Shown here: piece by piece, positions 1 through 8,658 of the stretch
How positions within the stretch are numbered: the stretch's first letter is position 1
Layout: each line of letters begins with the position of its first letter
From: an uncultured delta proteobacterium
GTDB taxonomy: Bacteria; Myxococcota; Myxococcia; Myxococcales; Myxococcaceae
Reading direction: 5' to 3'
DNA length: 64,000 nt
NCBI GenBank assembly: GCA_963771175.1
Contig: CAVYSY010000033.1
Coordinates: forward strand, 512,001 to 576,000
Program-made: the position numbers and the translations under genes
The notes under the pieces: model-generated
Told to the model about the DNA's origin: nothing
What the model saw: only the letters and a program-made list of their open reading frames with translations
The model's database searches: none

Positions 1-1
1 G

Positions 2-118
2 GTGAGCTGGCCGCACGAGTTCCGCTGGAGCGTCAGGCCCGGCCAGCACGTCATCACCGCGGCCATGGTGCACCGGCCCCAGGTCAGCCAGCCGGTGACG
101 GTGGTAGTGGAAGATTAA
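2..118 (+). CDS. 3' end of a gene entering from the left edge (possibly a PBP1C-like C-terminal beta domain)
   Basis: Open frame VSWPHEFRWSVRPGQHVITAAMVHRPQVSQPVTVVVED ending at TAA 116-118. The W-x3-PG-x-H pattern is only suggestive of the product. Confidence 0.4.
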   Translation: MSWPHEFRWSVRPGQHVITAAMVHRPQVSQPVTVVVED

Positions 119-128
119 TACTACCCAG

Positions 129-876
129 TCACTTGTCCCGGCTCCCCAGTGGGTACGGTTTGTTCGCCCACTTTGCACGCATCCGTGCCGCCCTTTTTCG
201 CAGCTCGGCGAGATCGAGCGGGTTGGTCGCACGCCCCCAGTGCGCCACTACATGGCAATTCGGGCAGAGCAAAAGAAAGTCCTCCTTTTTGGGAGTCTTC
301 ATGCCCTGCCCGACGGGCCGCTTGTGATGCACATGAATCAGCGTCTCGTACTCGGGGCCGTAGGCGTCGAAGCTCAGGTCGCATGCCTCGCAGGCATAGG
401 GCTTCGAACGGCCTTGCAGTACAATTTTCCGGTTCCGGCTGCTCCGTTCAATCGCGTGGTGCGTGACGAGCTTCTTTCGGCCTTCCTCTTCGAGCGCTTC
501 GTCAGTCGTGAGGACCATTTCATCTGGGGCGTCGGCGGGCGGGAACAGCGTCAGCACTCGGGCCGGACACTTCTTGCAGCGAGTGATCTTCCTCGAACGG
601 CACGCCGTACCGGCTCACGAGGTGATCGATCAGCGCATTGGGGCTTTGGCTGCAGATCTTTTTGTACGCGCGCTGCGTCGCGCCGCCCGGACCATAGCGC
701 TTATCGCTCGTTGCAATCCCACATTTCGCGCTGTGCAGCTTGACGTATCTCTCGCTCGTCTCCTGAAAGGTGTTGATGAAGAAGCCACCCCCGTTCTTCG
801 CAACCCAGTCGAAGAAGGCTGTCGGCGGACTCGCGCTGTCAAACGTGCTGATCAACGCCTTCGGTTTCACAGGCAT
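129..876 (-). CDS. McrA-like HNH endonuclease with N-terminal Cys/His domain; one +1 frameshift near 592
   Basis: ATG at 876 with GAGG upstream. N-terminal part has LHSAKC...YKKICS. Removing one base near 592 joins it to KITRCKKC and on into the 129..557 frame with CEAC...IHVHH...LLCPNCH. Joined length about 248 aa. Confidence 0.75.
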
Positions 877-960
877 GCTCAACCTCAATGAGTAAGGAGC
901 TAAACGGTACGCCGGGGTTATTTTTCACCTTTGCGAGATCGCTGGGCACCCAAATCTTCC

Positions 961-1431
961 ATGACCTTCAACGAACTTTCGGAGTTGCTGGAGAGGACCC
1001 CCGCGAAGAGCTTTGGCCAGGGGGTGAGCGACATGGAGCTCAACACCGCCAGTGCTGAACTGGGGGTGGACCTGACCGGTGGTTATCGGCTCTTCTTGAA
1101 GCGCTTTGGGTGGGGAGGCGTTGGGTCCATCGAGCTCTTTGGGCTCGGTGTGGATGTTCCGCCATACTTGAGCCTTACCGCGATGGCCAGGAGTGAGCGG
1201 GAGGAAGCGAGTCCCGCGCTCCCCGCGCATCTCCTTCCTTTGATGAACGACGGGGGAGGCAATCTCTACTGCCTTGATTCCCGGGTATCGGGAGAGCCCC
1301 CTGTGGTGTTCTGGGACCACACAGCCGGAGAGCAGCAGGAGCCCGCACGGGTGGCAGCTGACTTCACGACATGGCTGGCCGAACGGGTCGAGCGAGAGCT
1401 GGCTGGCGAGGCCGATGCTCAGGAATCGTAG
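961..1431 (+). CDS. SMI1/KNR4 (SUKH) family immunity-like protein
   Basis: AELGVDLTGGYRLFLKRFG and LMNDGGGNLYCLD...PVVFWDH...ADFTTWL are typical SUKH motifs. Confidence 0.85.
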   Translation: MTFNELSELLERTPAKSFGQGVSDMELNTASAELGVDLTGGYRLFLKRFGWGGVGSIELFGLGVDVPPYLSLTAMARSEREEASPALPAHLLPLMNDGGGNLYCLDSRVSGEPPVVFWDHTAGEQQEPARVAADFTTWLAERVERELAGEADAQES

Positions 1432-1538
1432 CAGTTCACCCCATCTCGCTCAGCCCGGGATGCGCTCCCCATAGCAGGGGTGGAGAACGGGGCGTGCCCC
1501 GGTCCATGTCAGGGTGCCCCTCTAGAGTGCTCGGCGTC

Positions 1539-3947
1539 ATGAGACCCGAGAGAGAGCTGCACGACCTGTCTGGCGGGCAGAACGAGCCACTTCCGAAGCT
1601 GCCTGGGCGTGGCCAGTACACGGAGGGTGCCCGCCAGGAGAGGGTCGAGTTCCTCCAGCAGCACACGGGTATGCCTTTGCAGGCCTTGCAGCCGCTGTCG
1701 CTGCGGCCCGAGTCGCTGCTCCACAACGTGGAGAACCTGCTCGGGGCGGTCGAAGTACCCGTGGGAGTGGCCGGGCCCCTGCTGTTCCAGGGCCAGCATG
1801 CCCAGGGCACGCTCTTCCTCCCCGTGGCCACCACCGAGGGGGCCCTGGTCGCCTCCATCTGCCGTGGAGCGACCGCGCTCTCGCGCTCGGGCGGAGTGGT
1901 CACCCGGGTCCTCGCACAGCGGATGGTGCGAGCCCCCTTCTTCGAGTTCGACGGACTGGAGGAGGCCTGGCGCTTCTGCCGACTGCTGGAGGACTGCCTG
2001 CCCGCCCTCCGCGCACAGGTGCGGCGCGTGTCCGGCCACGCTCACCTGCTGGGCGTGGAGACGCAGGTGCTCGGCCGCTGCGTCTACACCCACTTCGTCT
2101 ATGAGACGGCGGACGCGGCCGGGCAGAACATGACGACGAGCTGCACCTGGTTCGCCTGCCAATGGCTGCTCGAGCGCCTGGAGCAGACCGGTCCGCGTCC
2201 GCGAATGTTCGTCGTGGACGGCAATGCCAGCGGCGACAAGAAAGTCGGCTTCCAGTCGTTCCTCGCCGGGCGGGGCACGCGCGTGGTGGCCGAGGTCCTG
2301 CTGACGCGCCAGAGCATCGAGCAGGTGCTGAAGACGACGCCCCAGGCACTCCTCGACGCCTACCAACTCTCGCTGGCCGCGGCCGTGCAGAGCGGGATGA
2401 TGGGCCACAACGTCAACGTGTCCAACGTGGTGGCTGGCGCCTTCGTCGCCACCGGCCAGGACGTCGCCTGCGTGCACGAGTCCAGCGTGGCTCAGCTGAT
2501 GCTGCGCCCCGAGCCGGAGGGCCTCTATGCCTCGATGCTGCTGCCCAGCCTGGTGGTGGGCACGGTGGGCGGTGGCACCCACCTGCCCCGGCAGCGAGCC
2601 CTGCTGGAGATGATGGGGTGTGCGGGCGAGGGGCAGACCCCGCGACTGGCGGAGATCATCGCTGGCTTCGCCCTGGCATTGGATCTCTCCACGCTCAGCG
2701 CGGTGATCAGCGGGCAGTTCGCCGCCGCGCACGAGCGGCTGGGGCGTAACCGCCCCGTGCGCTTCTTCTCCCGCGAGGATCTGACGGCGGACTTGCTGAA
2801 GCCGGCCCTGGAGCGCGCGGTACCGGGCGCCGAGTTGCTGGCGCTCGAGCCGCTGGGAGACCTGTCCCCAGGCGCCGGACTGCTCACCGAGCTCACCTCG
2901 CGCCGGCTCGGCCGCTCCAAGCAGATTGGCCACCAGCCCATGCGACTGCGGTACCGCACGGTCGGGGGCGAGCACGGCAGCCTCGAGCTCATGGTCAAGC
3001 TCAAGCCGCTGGACGAGGAGGTACTGCTGGCGGCTGGCACCGTGGCCGCGCTCGGAGGTGAGCGGCTGGCGCGGGCCTGGAGCCACTTCGGACGCCGCGT
3101 GGGTTTCGTCGGTACCCATTTGCGCGAGCTGGCCCTCGCGGAGCTGCGGGACGAGCGTCTGCGGCGGCACGCGCCGACGGTGTACCTCACCCACCGCGAC
3201 GACGCGCGCGAGGCCTATGTGCTGGTCATGGAGCTGCTGCGGGACGTGGAGCTGCTCGACAGCGCCGATGACCCGAGCGGCTGGGGCCCGGCGCAGCTGG
3301 AGGCGGCCCTGCGGGGCATCGCCCAGGTCCATGCCATCTGGTACGGGCGTGAGGACGAGCTGCTCGCACAGCCGTGGCTCGGCTACTGCTGGACAGCGCG
3401 GGGCATGGTCGAAGCGCGGGAGCTGTGGGAGGCGCTTCTGCGCCTGGCCGCGGACGAGTTGCCCGAGTGGTTCCCCCCCGAGGAGCTCGCCCTGCACGAG
3501 CGGCTGCTGGACACACTGCCCGAGTGGTGGGGGCAACTCGAGGCCCATCCCCGCACGCTCGTGCACAACGACTTCAACCCCCGCAACATCGCCCTGCGTG
3601 CCACTGGGGAGGGGCCGCGCCTGTGTGCCTATGACTGGGAGCTGGCCACCGCCCGCGCGCCCCAGCACGACCTGGCCGAGCTGCTCTCTTTCGTCCTCAC
3701 ACCCCAGGCCACGCACGCGCAGGTGGGGGCTCTGGTGGAGCTCCACCGACAGGCGCTCCAGGAGGCCACCGGCAGGCCCTTGGAGGCGCGGTCGTGGCGA
3801 GCCGGCTACGCGCTGTGCCTGCAGGACTTGCTGCTCCACCGCATGGGCCTGTACCTGCAGAGTCACGTCCACCGCGCCCAGCCCTTCACCGAGCGGGTGC
3901 TGCGTACCCTGCGCCACCTCATCCGCCTCGAGCGAGGCGAGAGCTGA
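1539..3947 (+). CDS. Class I-like HMG-CoA reductase fused to a C-terminal APH/choline-kinase-fold phosphotransferase
   Basis: HMGR motifs ENLLG-x-VEVPVGVAGP, ATTEGALVAS, DAAGQNM, GDKK, GQDVAC, GTVGGGT and AAAHERLGR. Kinase motifs HNDFNPRNI and YDWELA. Single uninterrupted frame; ATG 1539 chosen as likely start. Confidence 0.88.
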   Translation: MRPERELHDLSGGQNEPLPKLPGRGQYTEGARQERVEFLQQHTGMPLQALQPLSLRPESLLHNVENLLGAVEVPVGVAGPLLFQGQHAQGTLFLPVATTEGALVASICRGATALSRSGGVVTRVLAQRMVRAPFFEFDGLEEAWRFCRLLEDCLPALRAQVRRVSGHAHLLGVETQVLGRCVYTHFVYETADAAGQNMTTSCTWFACQWLLERLEQTGPRPRMFVVDGNASGDKKVGFQSFLAGRGTRVVAEVLLTRQSIEQVLKTTPQALLDAYQLSLAAAVQSGMMGHNVNVSNVVAGAFVATGQDVACVHESSVAQLMLRPEPEGLYASMLLPSLVVGTVGGGTHLPRQRALLEMMGCAGEGQTPRLAEIIAGFALALDLSTLSAVISGQFAAAHERLGRNRPVRFFSREDLTADLLKPALERAVPGAELLALEPLGDLSPGAGLLTELTSRRLGRSKQIGHQPMRLRYRTVGGEHGSLELMVKLKPLDEEVLLAAGTVAALGGERLARAWSHFGRRVGFVGTHLRELALAELRDERLRRHAPTVYLTHRDDAREAYVLVMELLRDVELLDSADDPSGWGPAQLEAALRGIAQVHAIWYGREDELLAQPWLGYCWTARGMVEARELWEALLRLAADELPEWFPPEELALHERLLDTLPEWWGQLEAHPRTLVHNDFNPRNIALRATGEGPRLCAYDWELATARAPQHDLAELLSFVLTPQATHAQVGALVELHRQALQEATGRPLEARSWRAGYALCLQDLLLHRMGLYLQSHVHRAQPFTERVLRTLRHLIRLERGES

Positions 3948-3948
3948 C

Positions 3949-4872
3949 ATGGCACCGCTCGCCCTCTGTCTGGAGGTGCTGCCGCGGCTGCAGATCGCCT
4001 TCGCCGCCTTCCTCGCACTGCTGGCCTTCGCCCCGCAGAGCCGCCGGCTGTCCGCCGCCACCCGTCGCGGGCTGTGGATCAAACTGGTCGTCTTCTACCT
4101 CATCACCCACCTCTTCCTGCTGCTGCTGACGCTGGGCGGGGTGTGGCTCCACGCCGGCCTGCTCCTGGTGGGGATGGCGGCCTGCCGCGAGCTGGTGGGG
4201 GTGCTCCTGCCCGAGCCTGGGCAGGCCCCCTACCGCGCCATGGCCTGGGCCGGGTCGCTCGCCGCGCTGCTGCTCGCCCCCTCCGAGACGGCCGAGGGGC
4301 CCCTGCTGCTCGCGCTCCTGCTCGCCACGCTCGCCTTGCCCGTGCTCGGGCGCCGGCCCGCGGGCTGCCATGTGGCCGTGGCCTCCACGCTGCTGGTCGT
4401 GATGCTCGCCGGAGCTCTGCCCCTGCGGCTGCTGTGGCTGCGCCAGGAGCAGGGCCTCGCCGCGGCCTTCCTCTTCCTGCTCATCGTCCTCAATGACGGG
4501 TTCGCCGAGGCCTGCGGGCGGTTGTTCGGGCGCCGCCCCTTCTTCCAATCCATCAGCCCCCAGAAGACGCTCGAGGGGGCATTGGGAGGCACCGCCGCGG
4601 CTCTTGCCGGGGCACTGCTCTTCCACCCCCTGCTGCCAATTCCCGCCTGGCAGCGGCTGCTGCTGGGGCTCGTCGCTTCCGTGGCCGGCCACCTGGGAGA
4701 CCTGGTCTTCTCGGCCCTCAAGCGCAGCGTGGGGCGTAAGGACTTCGACTCGCTGCTGCCGTCCCATGGTGGGGTGCTGGACCGATTCGACAGCCTGTGG
4801 GTGGCCGCTCCCGCCTTCCACCATGCCTACGGCGCACTCATCTCGCTCACCCAGGAAGGAAGGACTCCATGA
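3949..4872 (+). CDS. Phosphatidate cytidylyltransferase (CTP_transf_1) family membrane protein
   Basis: Hydrophobic protein with SPQKTLEG and GDLVFSALKRSVGRKDFDSLLPSHGGVLDRFDS signature. ATG lies 1 nt after the upstream stop. Confidence 0.9.
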   Translation: MAPLALCLEVLPRLQIAFAAFLALLAFAPQSRRLSAATRRGLWIKLVVFYLITHLFLLLLTLGGVWLHAGLLLVGMAACRELVGVLLPEPGQAPYRAMAWAGSLAALLLAPSETAEGPLLLALLLATLALPVLGRRPAGCHVAVASTLLVVMLAGALPLRLLWLRQEQGLAAAFLFLLIVLNDGFAEACGRLFGRRPFFQSISPQKTLEGALGGTAAALAGALLFHPLLPIPAWQRLLLGLVASVAGHLGDLVFSALKRSVGRKDFDSLLPSHGGVLDRFDSLWVAAPAFHHAYGALISLTQEGRTP

Positions 4873-7568
4873 GCCATACCCCGTTCTGCCTCCTGTCCGA
4901 GGCTCGCGCACCCGCGCAGGTGGGAGGCAAGGCTCACTCCCTATGCCGCATGCTCGAGCTGGGACTGCCTGTTCCCGAGGGCTTCGTTGTCACCGATCTG
5001 GCCTTCCAGGCCTTCCTCGAGCAGGAGGACCTCGGTGCGCGACTGGCCAGACTGCGGGAGGGGCTCGTCCCCGGAGGGCTGGAGGCCATCCATCACGCCT
5101 CGCGGCAGATACAGGAACTGGTGCGCCAGACGCCCCTCCCAGAGCCCCTGCGCGCCGAGCTGGCCCGCTGGCGCGAGCGGGAGCTGGCCGCTCAGGAGCT
5201 CATCGTCCGCAGCTCCGCCGTGGGCGAAGACTCGAACGCCGCATCCTTCGCCGGACAGCTCGACTCCATCATCGGCGTGCGCACCCAGCAGGAGCTCGAA
5301 CGCGCGCTGGTGGACTGCTGGGCCTCCTACTGGTCAGCCCGCTCGCTGGCCTACCAGCTCGCGCGGGGGGTGGCGCTCTCCGGTATGGGCGTCATCGTCC
5401 AGCGGCTGGTGCACCCGCGACTGGCCGGAGTGCTCTTCACCCAGGGCCCCCAGCTCGAACAGGGGAAGATGCTGGCCGAGTACTGCCACGGTCACGGAGA
5501 GGCGCTCGTGTCCGGCCGCGTCGACCCCGGCCGCTTCACCCTCTCTCGCGCGGACGGCTCCTGGCATCGGCTCTCGTGGCCCGAGCACGTGGTGCCCCAG
5601 GACGAGGGGCTGCTGTTCTGCCCCGCCGCCCTGGAGTCCCTGCGCGCTGGAGGGCTGAGGCTCGAGGAGCGACTGGGCGGGCCGCAGGACGTGGAGTGGG
5701 TGGTGGATGAGCAGGGGCGGGTCCTCTTCGTCCAGTCGCGACCCATCACCGCCCCGCTGGAGGCTCGGCCGGCGGCCCCCGTGGCCCCCAGGCCTCCCGA
5801 GCCCCCGCGCCGCCCCATTCTCTGGTCCAACGCCAACATCAACGAGAACTTCCCGGACCCGGTCACGCCACTGCTGTATTCGGTGGCGGCGGAGGGCTAC
5901 TACCACTACTTCCGCAACCTGGCGCTGGTGCTGGGAGTGGAGCCCGAGCGGGTACGGCGCATGGAGCACCCGCTGCGCCAGCTCATCGGCGTGCATGGTG
6001 CACGGCTGTACTACAACCTCACGCACATCCACGACTTCCTGCGCAGCGCCCCCTTCGGCGAGCAGCTCAGCGGCTACTTCGATCGGTTCATCGGCGCCTC
6101 CTTCCAGGAAGGAGCCGAGGCGCGCGACGCGGGGGCGCGGTCCGGGGCGGGGCTGACCGAGGCGCTGGAGGTGGCCCGCATCTTCCTGTCCACCACGCAT
6201 GTGTACTCGGAGCTGGAGGAGCATATCCGCCAGTTCGAGCAGCGGGTCGAGGCCTTCAGCGCGCGCACCCACCCGCGCCTGCTGCGGGAGCGAGACTTGA
6301 TAGGGCTGCGCGAGGACCTTCGCGGCTTCCTGGAGATTCGCTTCCACCGCTGGGTGCAGGCCTCACTCGCGGACGCGGCGGCCATGGTGTGCTTCGGGGT
6401 GCTCGAGCAGGTGCTGGAAGCGGCCATGCCGGAGCCGGAGGAGCGCGCGCTGCATGGCACGCTGCTCAAGGGGCTGTCCGGACTGGTGAGCAGCGCCCCC
6501 ATCGAGCGGCTCTGGGAGCTGTCGCGGCAGGTGCGCGGCGACCGGCGGCTGCGCGAGCTCTTCGAGCGTGAGAAGGGCGCGGCGCTGCTGGAGCAGGTGA
6601 GGGCCGGCTCCTTTCCCGAGTTCCACAAGGCGCTCGAGCGCTACCTGGAGGACTGGGGCTTTCGTGGCTCGGGGGAGCTGATGCTCACCGTGCCGAACTT
6701 CCAGGAGGAGCCGGCGGGGCTGCTGGAGCTGCTGCGCGGCTACGTATCGCTGGAGGGGCCCTCGCCGGCCGAGCTGCTCCGGCAGCAGGGAGCGGAGCGG
6801 GAGGCGGCCACGGCCCGGGTGCTGGCGAGGCTGAGGCAGCGCGCGCTGGTGCCCGGGATGCCCCGGGCTCTCCAGGCGAGGCTCTTCTCGCGGCTGCTGG
6901 ATTGGACACAGCGGGCCATCGCCTTTCGCGAGCGGGCCCGGCTCAAGCAAGCCCTGCTCTACACCCGGCTGCGCGCCATTTCCCTGGCCATCGGCCAGCG
7001 ACTGGTGGAGCACGGCCGGGTGGAACGGAGGGAGGATGCGTTCTTCCTGACCTGGCAGGAGTTGGAGTCCCTGCTCGGGGGAAGTGCCATGTTCCCCCAG
7101 GGCGTGGCGGAACTGGTGGCCCTGCGCCGCCGCCAGCACGAGGTGCTCTCCAAGCAGCGCCCGCCGGATCGACTGGTGCTTCCCGAAGGGGCGTCCTGGG
7201 AGCCCGAGCCGTGGGCCTCCGCTGCCGAGCCCGCCATGGCGGGGCGCGGGGTGCTGTCCGGGGTGGGGACATGTGGCGGGCGGGTGAGTGCTCCCGCCGC
7301 GGTGATCCAGGAGCTGGCCGAGGCTCACCGATTGGCCCCCGGCGACATCCTCGTCACCCGGCAGACGGATCCGGGCTGGGCGCCGGTGTTCTTCCTCATC
7401 AAGGGACTGATCATGGAGCGAGGGGGCATGCTCTCACACGGTTCGATCATCGCTCGCGAGCTGGGCATACCGGCGGTGGTCGGAGCGAAGGATGCGACAC
7501 GGCGGATCCGCCACGGGCAGGTGGTGGATCTGGATGGGGACCTGGGCCATGTGCGCCTGGGGGAGTGA
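4869..7568 (+). CDS. PEP-utilising enzyme with rifampicin phosphotransferase/PigC-like architecture (ATP-grasp, central domain, His-swivel domain)
   Basis: VGGKA, VRSSAVGEDS-x3-SFAGQ, QDVEW, QSRPIT; C-terminal TDPGW and GGMLSHGSIIARELGIPAV. ATGA overlap with the upstream gene. Confidence 0.9.
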   Translation: MSHTPFCLLSEARAPAQVGGKAHSLCRMLELGLPVPEGFVVTDLAFQAFLEQEDLGARLARLREGLVPGGLEAIHHASRQIQELVRQTPLPEPLRAELARWRERELAAQELIVRSSAVGEDSNAASFAGQLDSIIGVRTQQELERALVDCWASYWSARSLAYQLARGVALSGMGVIVQRLVHPRLAGVLFTQGPQLEQGKMLAEYCHGHGEALVSGRVDPGRFTLSRADGSWHRLSWPEHVVPQDEGLLFCPAALESLRAGGLRLEERLGGPQDVEWVVDEQGRVLFVQSRPITAPLEARPAAPVAPRPPEPPRRPILWSNANINENFPDPVTPLLYSVAAEGYYHYFRNLALVLGVEPERVRRMEHPLRQLIGVHGARLYYNLTHIHDFLRSAPFGEQLSGYFDRFIGASFQEGAEARDAGARSGAGLTEALEVARIFLSTTHVYSELEEHIRQFEQRVEAFSARTHPRLLRERDLIGLREDLRGFLEIRFHRWVQASLADAAAMVCFGVLEQVLEAAMPEPEERALHGTLLKGLSGLVSSAPIERLWELSRQVRGDRRLRELFEREKGAALLEQVRAGSFPEFHKALERYLEDWGFRGSGELMLTVPNFQEEPAGLLELLRGYVSLEGPSPAELLRQQGAEREAATARVLARLRQRALVPGMPRALQARLFSRLLDWTQRAIAFRERARLKQALLYTRLRAISLAIGQRLVEHGRVERREDAFFLTWQELESLLGGSAMFPQGVAELVALRRRQHEVLSKQRPPDRLVLPEGASWEPEPWASAAEPAMAGRGVLSGVGTCGGRVSAPAAVIQELAEAHRLAPGDILVTRQTDPGWAPVFFLIKGLIMERGGMLSHGSIIARELGIPAVVGAKDATRRIRHGQVVDLDGDLGHVRLGE

Positions 7569-8658
7569 GGAGTTACGCGCCTACGTGCGCGAGCGCTTTC
7601 CGCTCGCGCTCTACGTGCCGCTGGCGGTGCTCCTCGCGGTGGCAGCGGAGGTGGGGAGCGGGACGGAGCCGCTGGCCATGCGAGTGCGAGACGTGCTGCT
7701 GGCCTGGGGGCTCGTCTTCCAGTTCCGGTTGTGGGACGACCTGGCGGACCGGGAGAGGGACAGGCAGGAGCGGCCAGAGCGGGTGTTGAGCCGGGCCCGC
7801 TCGCCGCGCCCCTTTCATCGGTTGCTGGCGGTGGCGGCGGGGAGCAACGTGGTGCTGCTCAGTCTGCCCCGGCCCTCGCTCCCGGTATTGGGCGGCTATC
7901 TGGCGCTCCAGGCCGCCTTTCTCGGAGGGTACGCGGTGCTTCGGCACCGGCCGCGGTGGCGGCTGGGCGCCGCACTCGCGGTCCTCGCCAAGTACCCGGC
8001 CTTTGTCGCCCTGCTCGCCATGCCCGTGCACGGTGCTCCCGCCTGGCGCTTGCCACTCGCCATGGCGGTGGTGTTCCTGTGCTTCGGCGTCCACGAGCTG
8101 CTGCACGACGAGCGGCTGCGCTCCTCTGCCCTGGCCCTGCCCGTGCTCGTCGGCCAGGCGCTGGTCCTGCAGGGGCTGCTGGGGGGGCTGGTGTGGGCCG
8201 TGCGCGAGCGGGGCGCGGGTTGGCTGGCGGTGCAGGCGGTGCCGTGCCTGGCCACCGCCACCCTGCTGGCCTGGCTCATCCACCGATGGAGTGGGGGCCG
8301 AGCACCCGGCCCATACGCCTACGCTCTCTTCGCCCTCTGCCTGCTGCAGCTGATATTGAGTTCCGCCTCAATCCCTACTCAGCCGGTGCGCCCCATCAAG
8401 GAAGCGGAGGGCCCCGCGGCGGCGGTGCAGCCTCCATCGACCGCGAAGTCCTGGCCGGTGATGAACGAGGCCTTGTCGCTGAAGAGGAAGACGACGAGCT
8501 CGGCCACCTCCTCGGGCAGCCCCACGCGGTTCATCGGGTGGAGCGAGGCGGCGAAGGCGCGCCCCTGTGGCTCATCGAGCCGCCAGCCATCGGTGGCCAT
8601 CTCCGACTCGACGACACCGGGGCTCACCGCGTTCACCCGGATGCCCTTCTGCGCATAG
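7549..8658 (+). CDS. UbiA-prenyltransferase-like membrane protein; frame runs on antisense into the SDR gene
   Basis: YVRERFP start, Asp-rich FRLWDDLADRERDRQERPER motif, multiple hydrophobic segments ending near 8360. The last ~95 codons overlap the opposite-strand SDR and look non-genuine. Confidence 0.7.
   Translation: MCAWGSEELRAYVRERFPLALYVPLAVLLAVAAEVGSGTEPLAMRVRDVLLAWGLVFQFRLWDDLADRERDRQERPERVLSRARSPRPFHRLLAVAAGSNVVLLSLPRPSLPVLGGYLALQAAFLGGYAVLRHRPRWRLGAALAVLAKYPAFVALLAMPVHGAPAWRLPLAMAVVFLCFGVHELLHDERLRSSALALPVLVGQALVLQGLLGGLVWAVRERGAGWLAVQAVPCLATATLLAWLIHRWSGGRAPGPYAYALFALCLLQLILSSASIPTQPVRPIKEAEGPAAAVQPPSTAKSWPVMNEALSLKRKTTSSATSSGSPTRFIGWSEAAKARPCGSSSRQPSVAISDSTTPGLTAFTRMPFCA

Noticed and set aside
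129..1431. HNH + SUKH as a classical toxin-immunity operon
   Set aside because: The genes are divergent rather than tandem, and the HNH looks McrA-like with no secretion or Rhs domain. Cognate pairing is unsupported.
2926..3948. Apparent long N-terminal extension on the cytidylyltransferase
   Set aside because: Off-frame overlap with the HMGR-kinase gene; the true start is ATG 3949.
1509..4082. 857-aa minus-strand ORF and similar long antisense ORFs (11205..13565, 20124..22325, 32760..35522, 57521..59638, 60927..62861)
   Set aside because: Shadow frames of real genes in high-GC DNA. They have no motifs, while the opposite strand carries clear family signatures.
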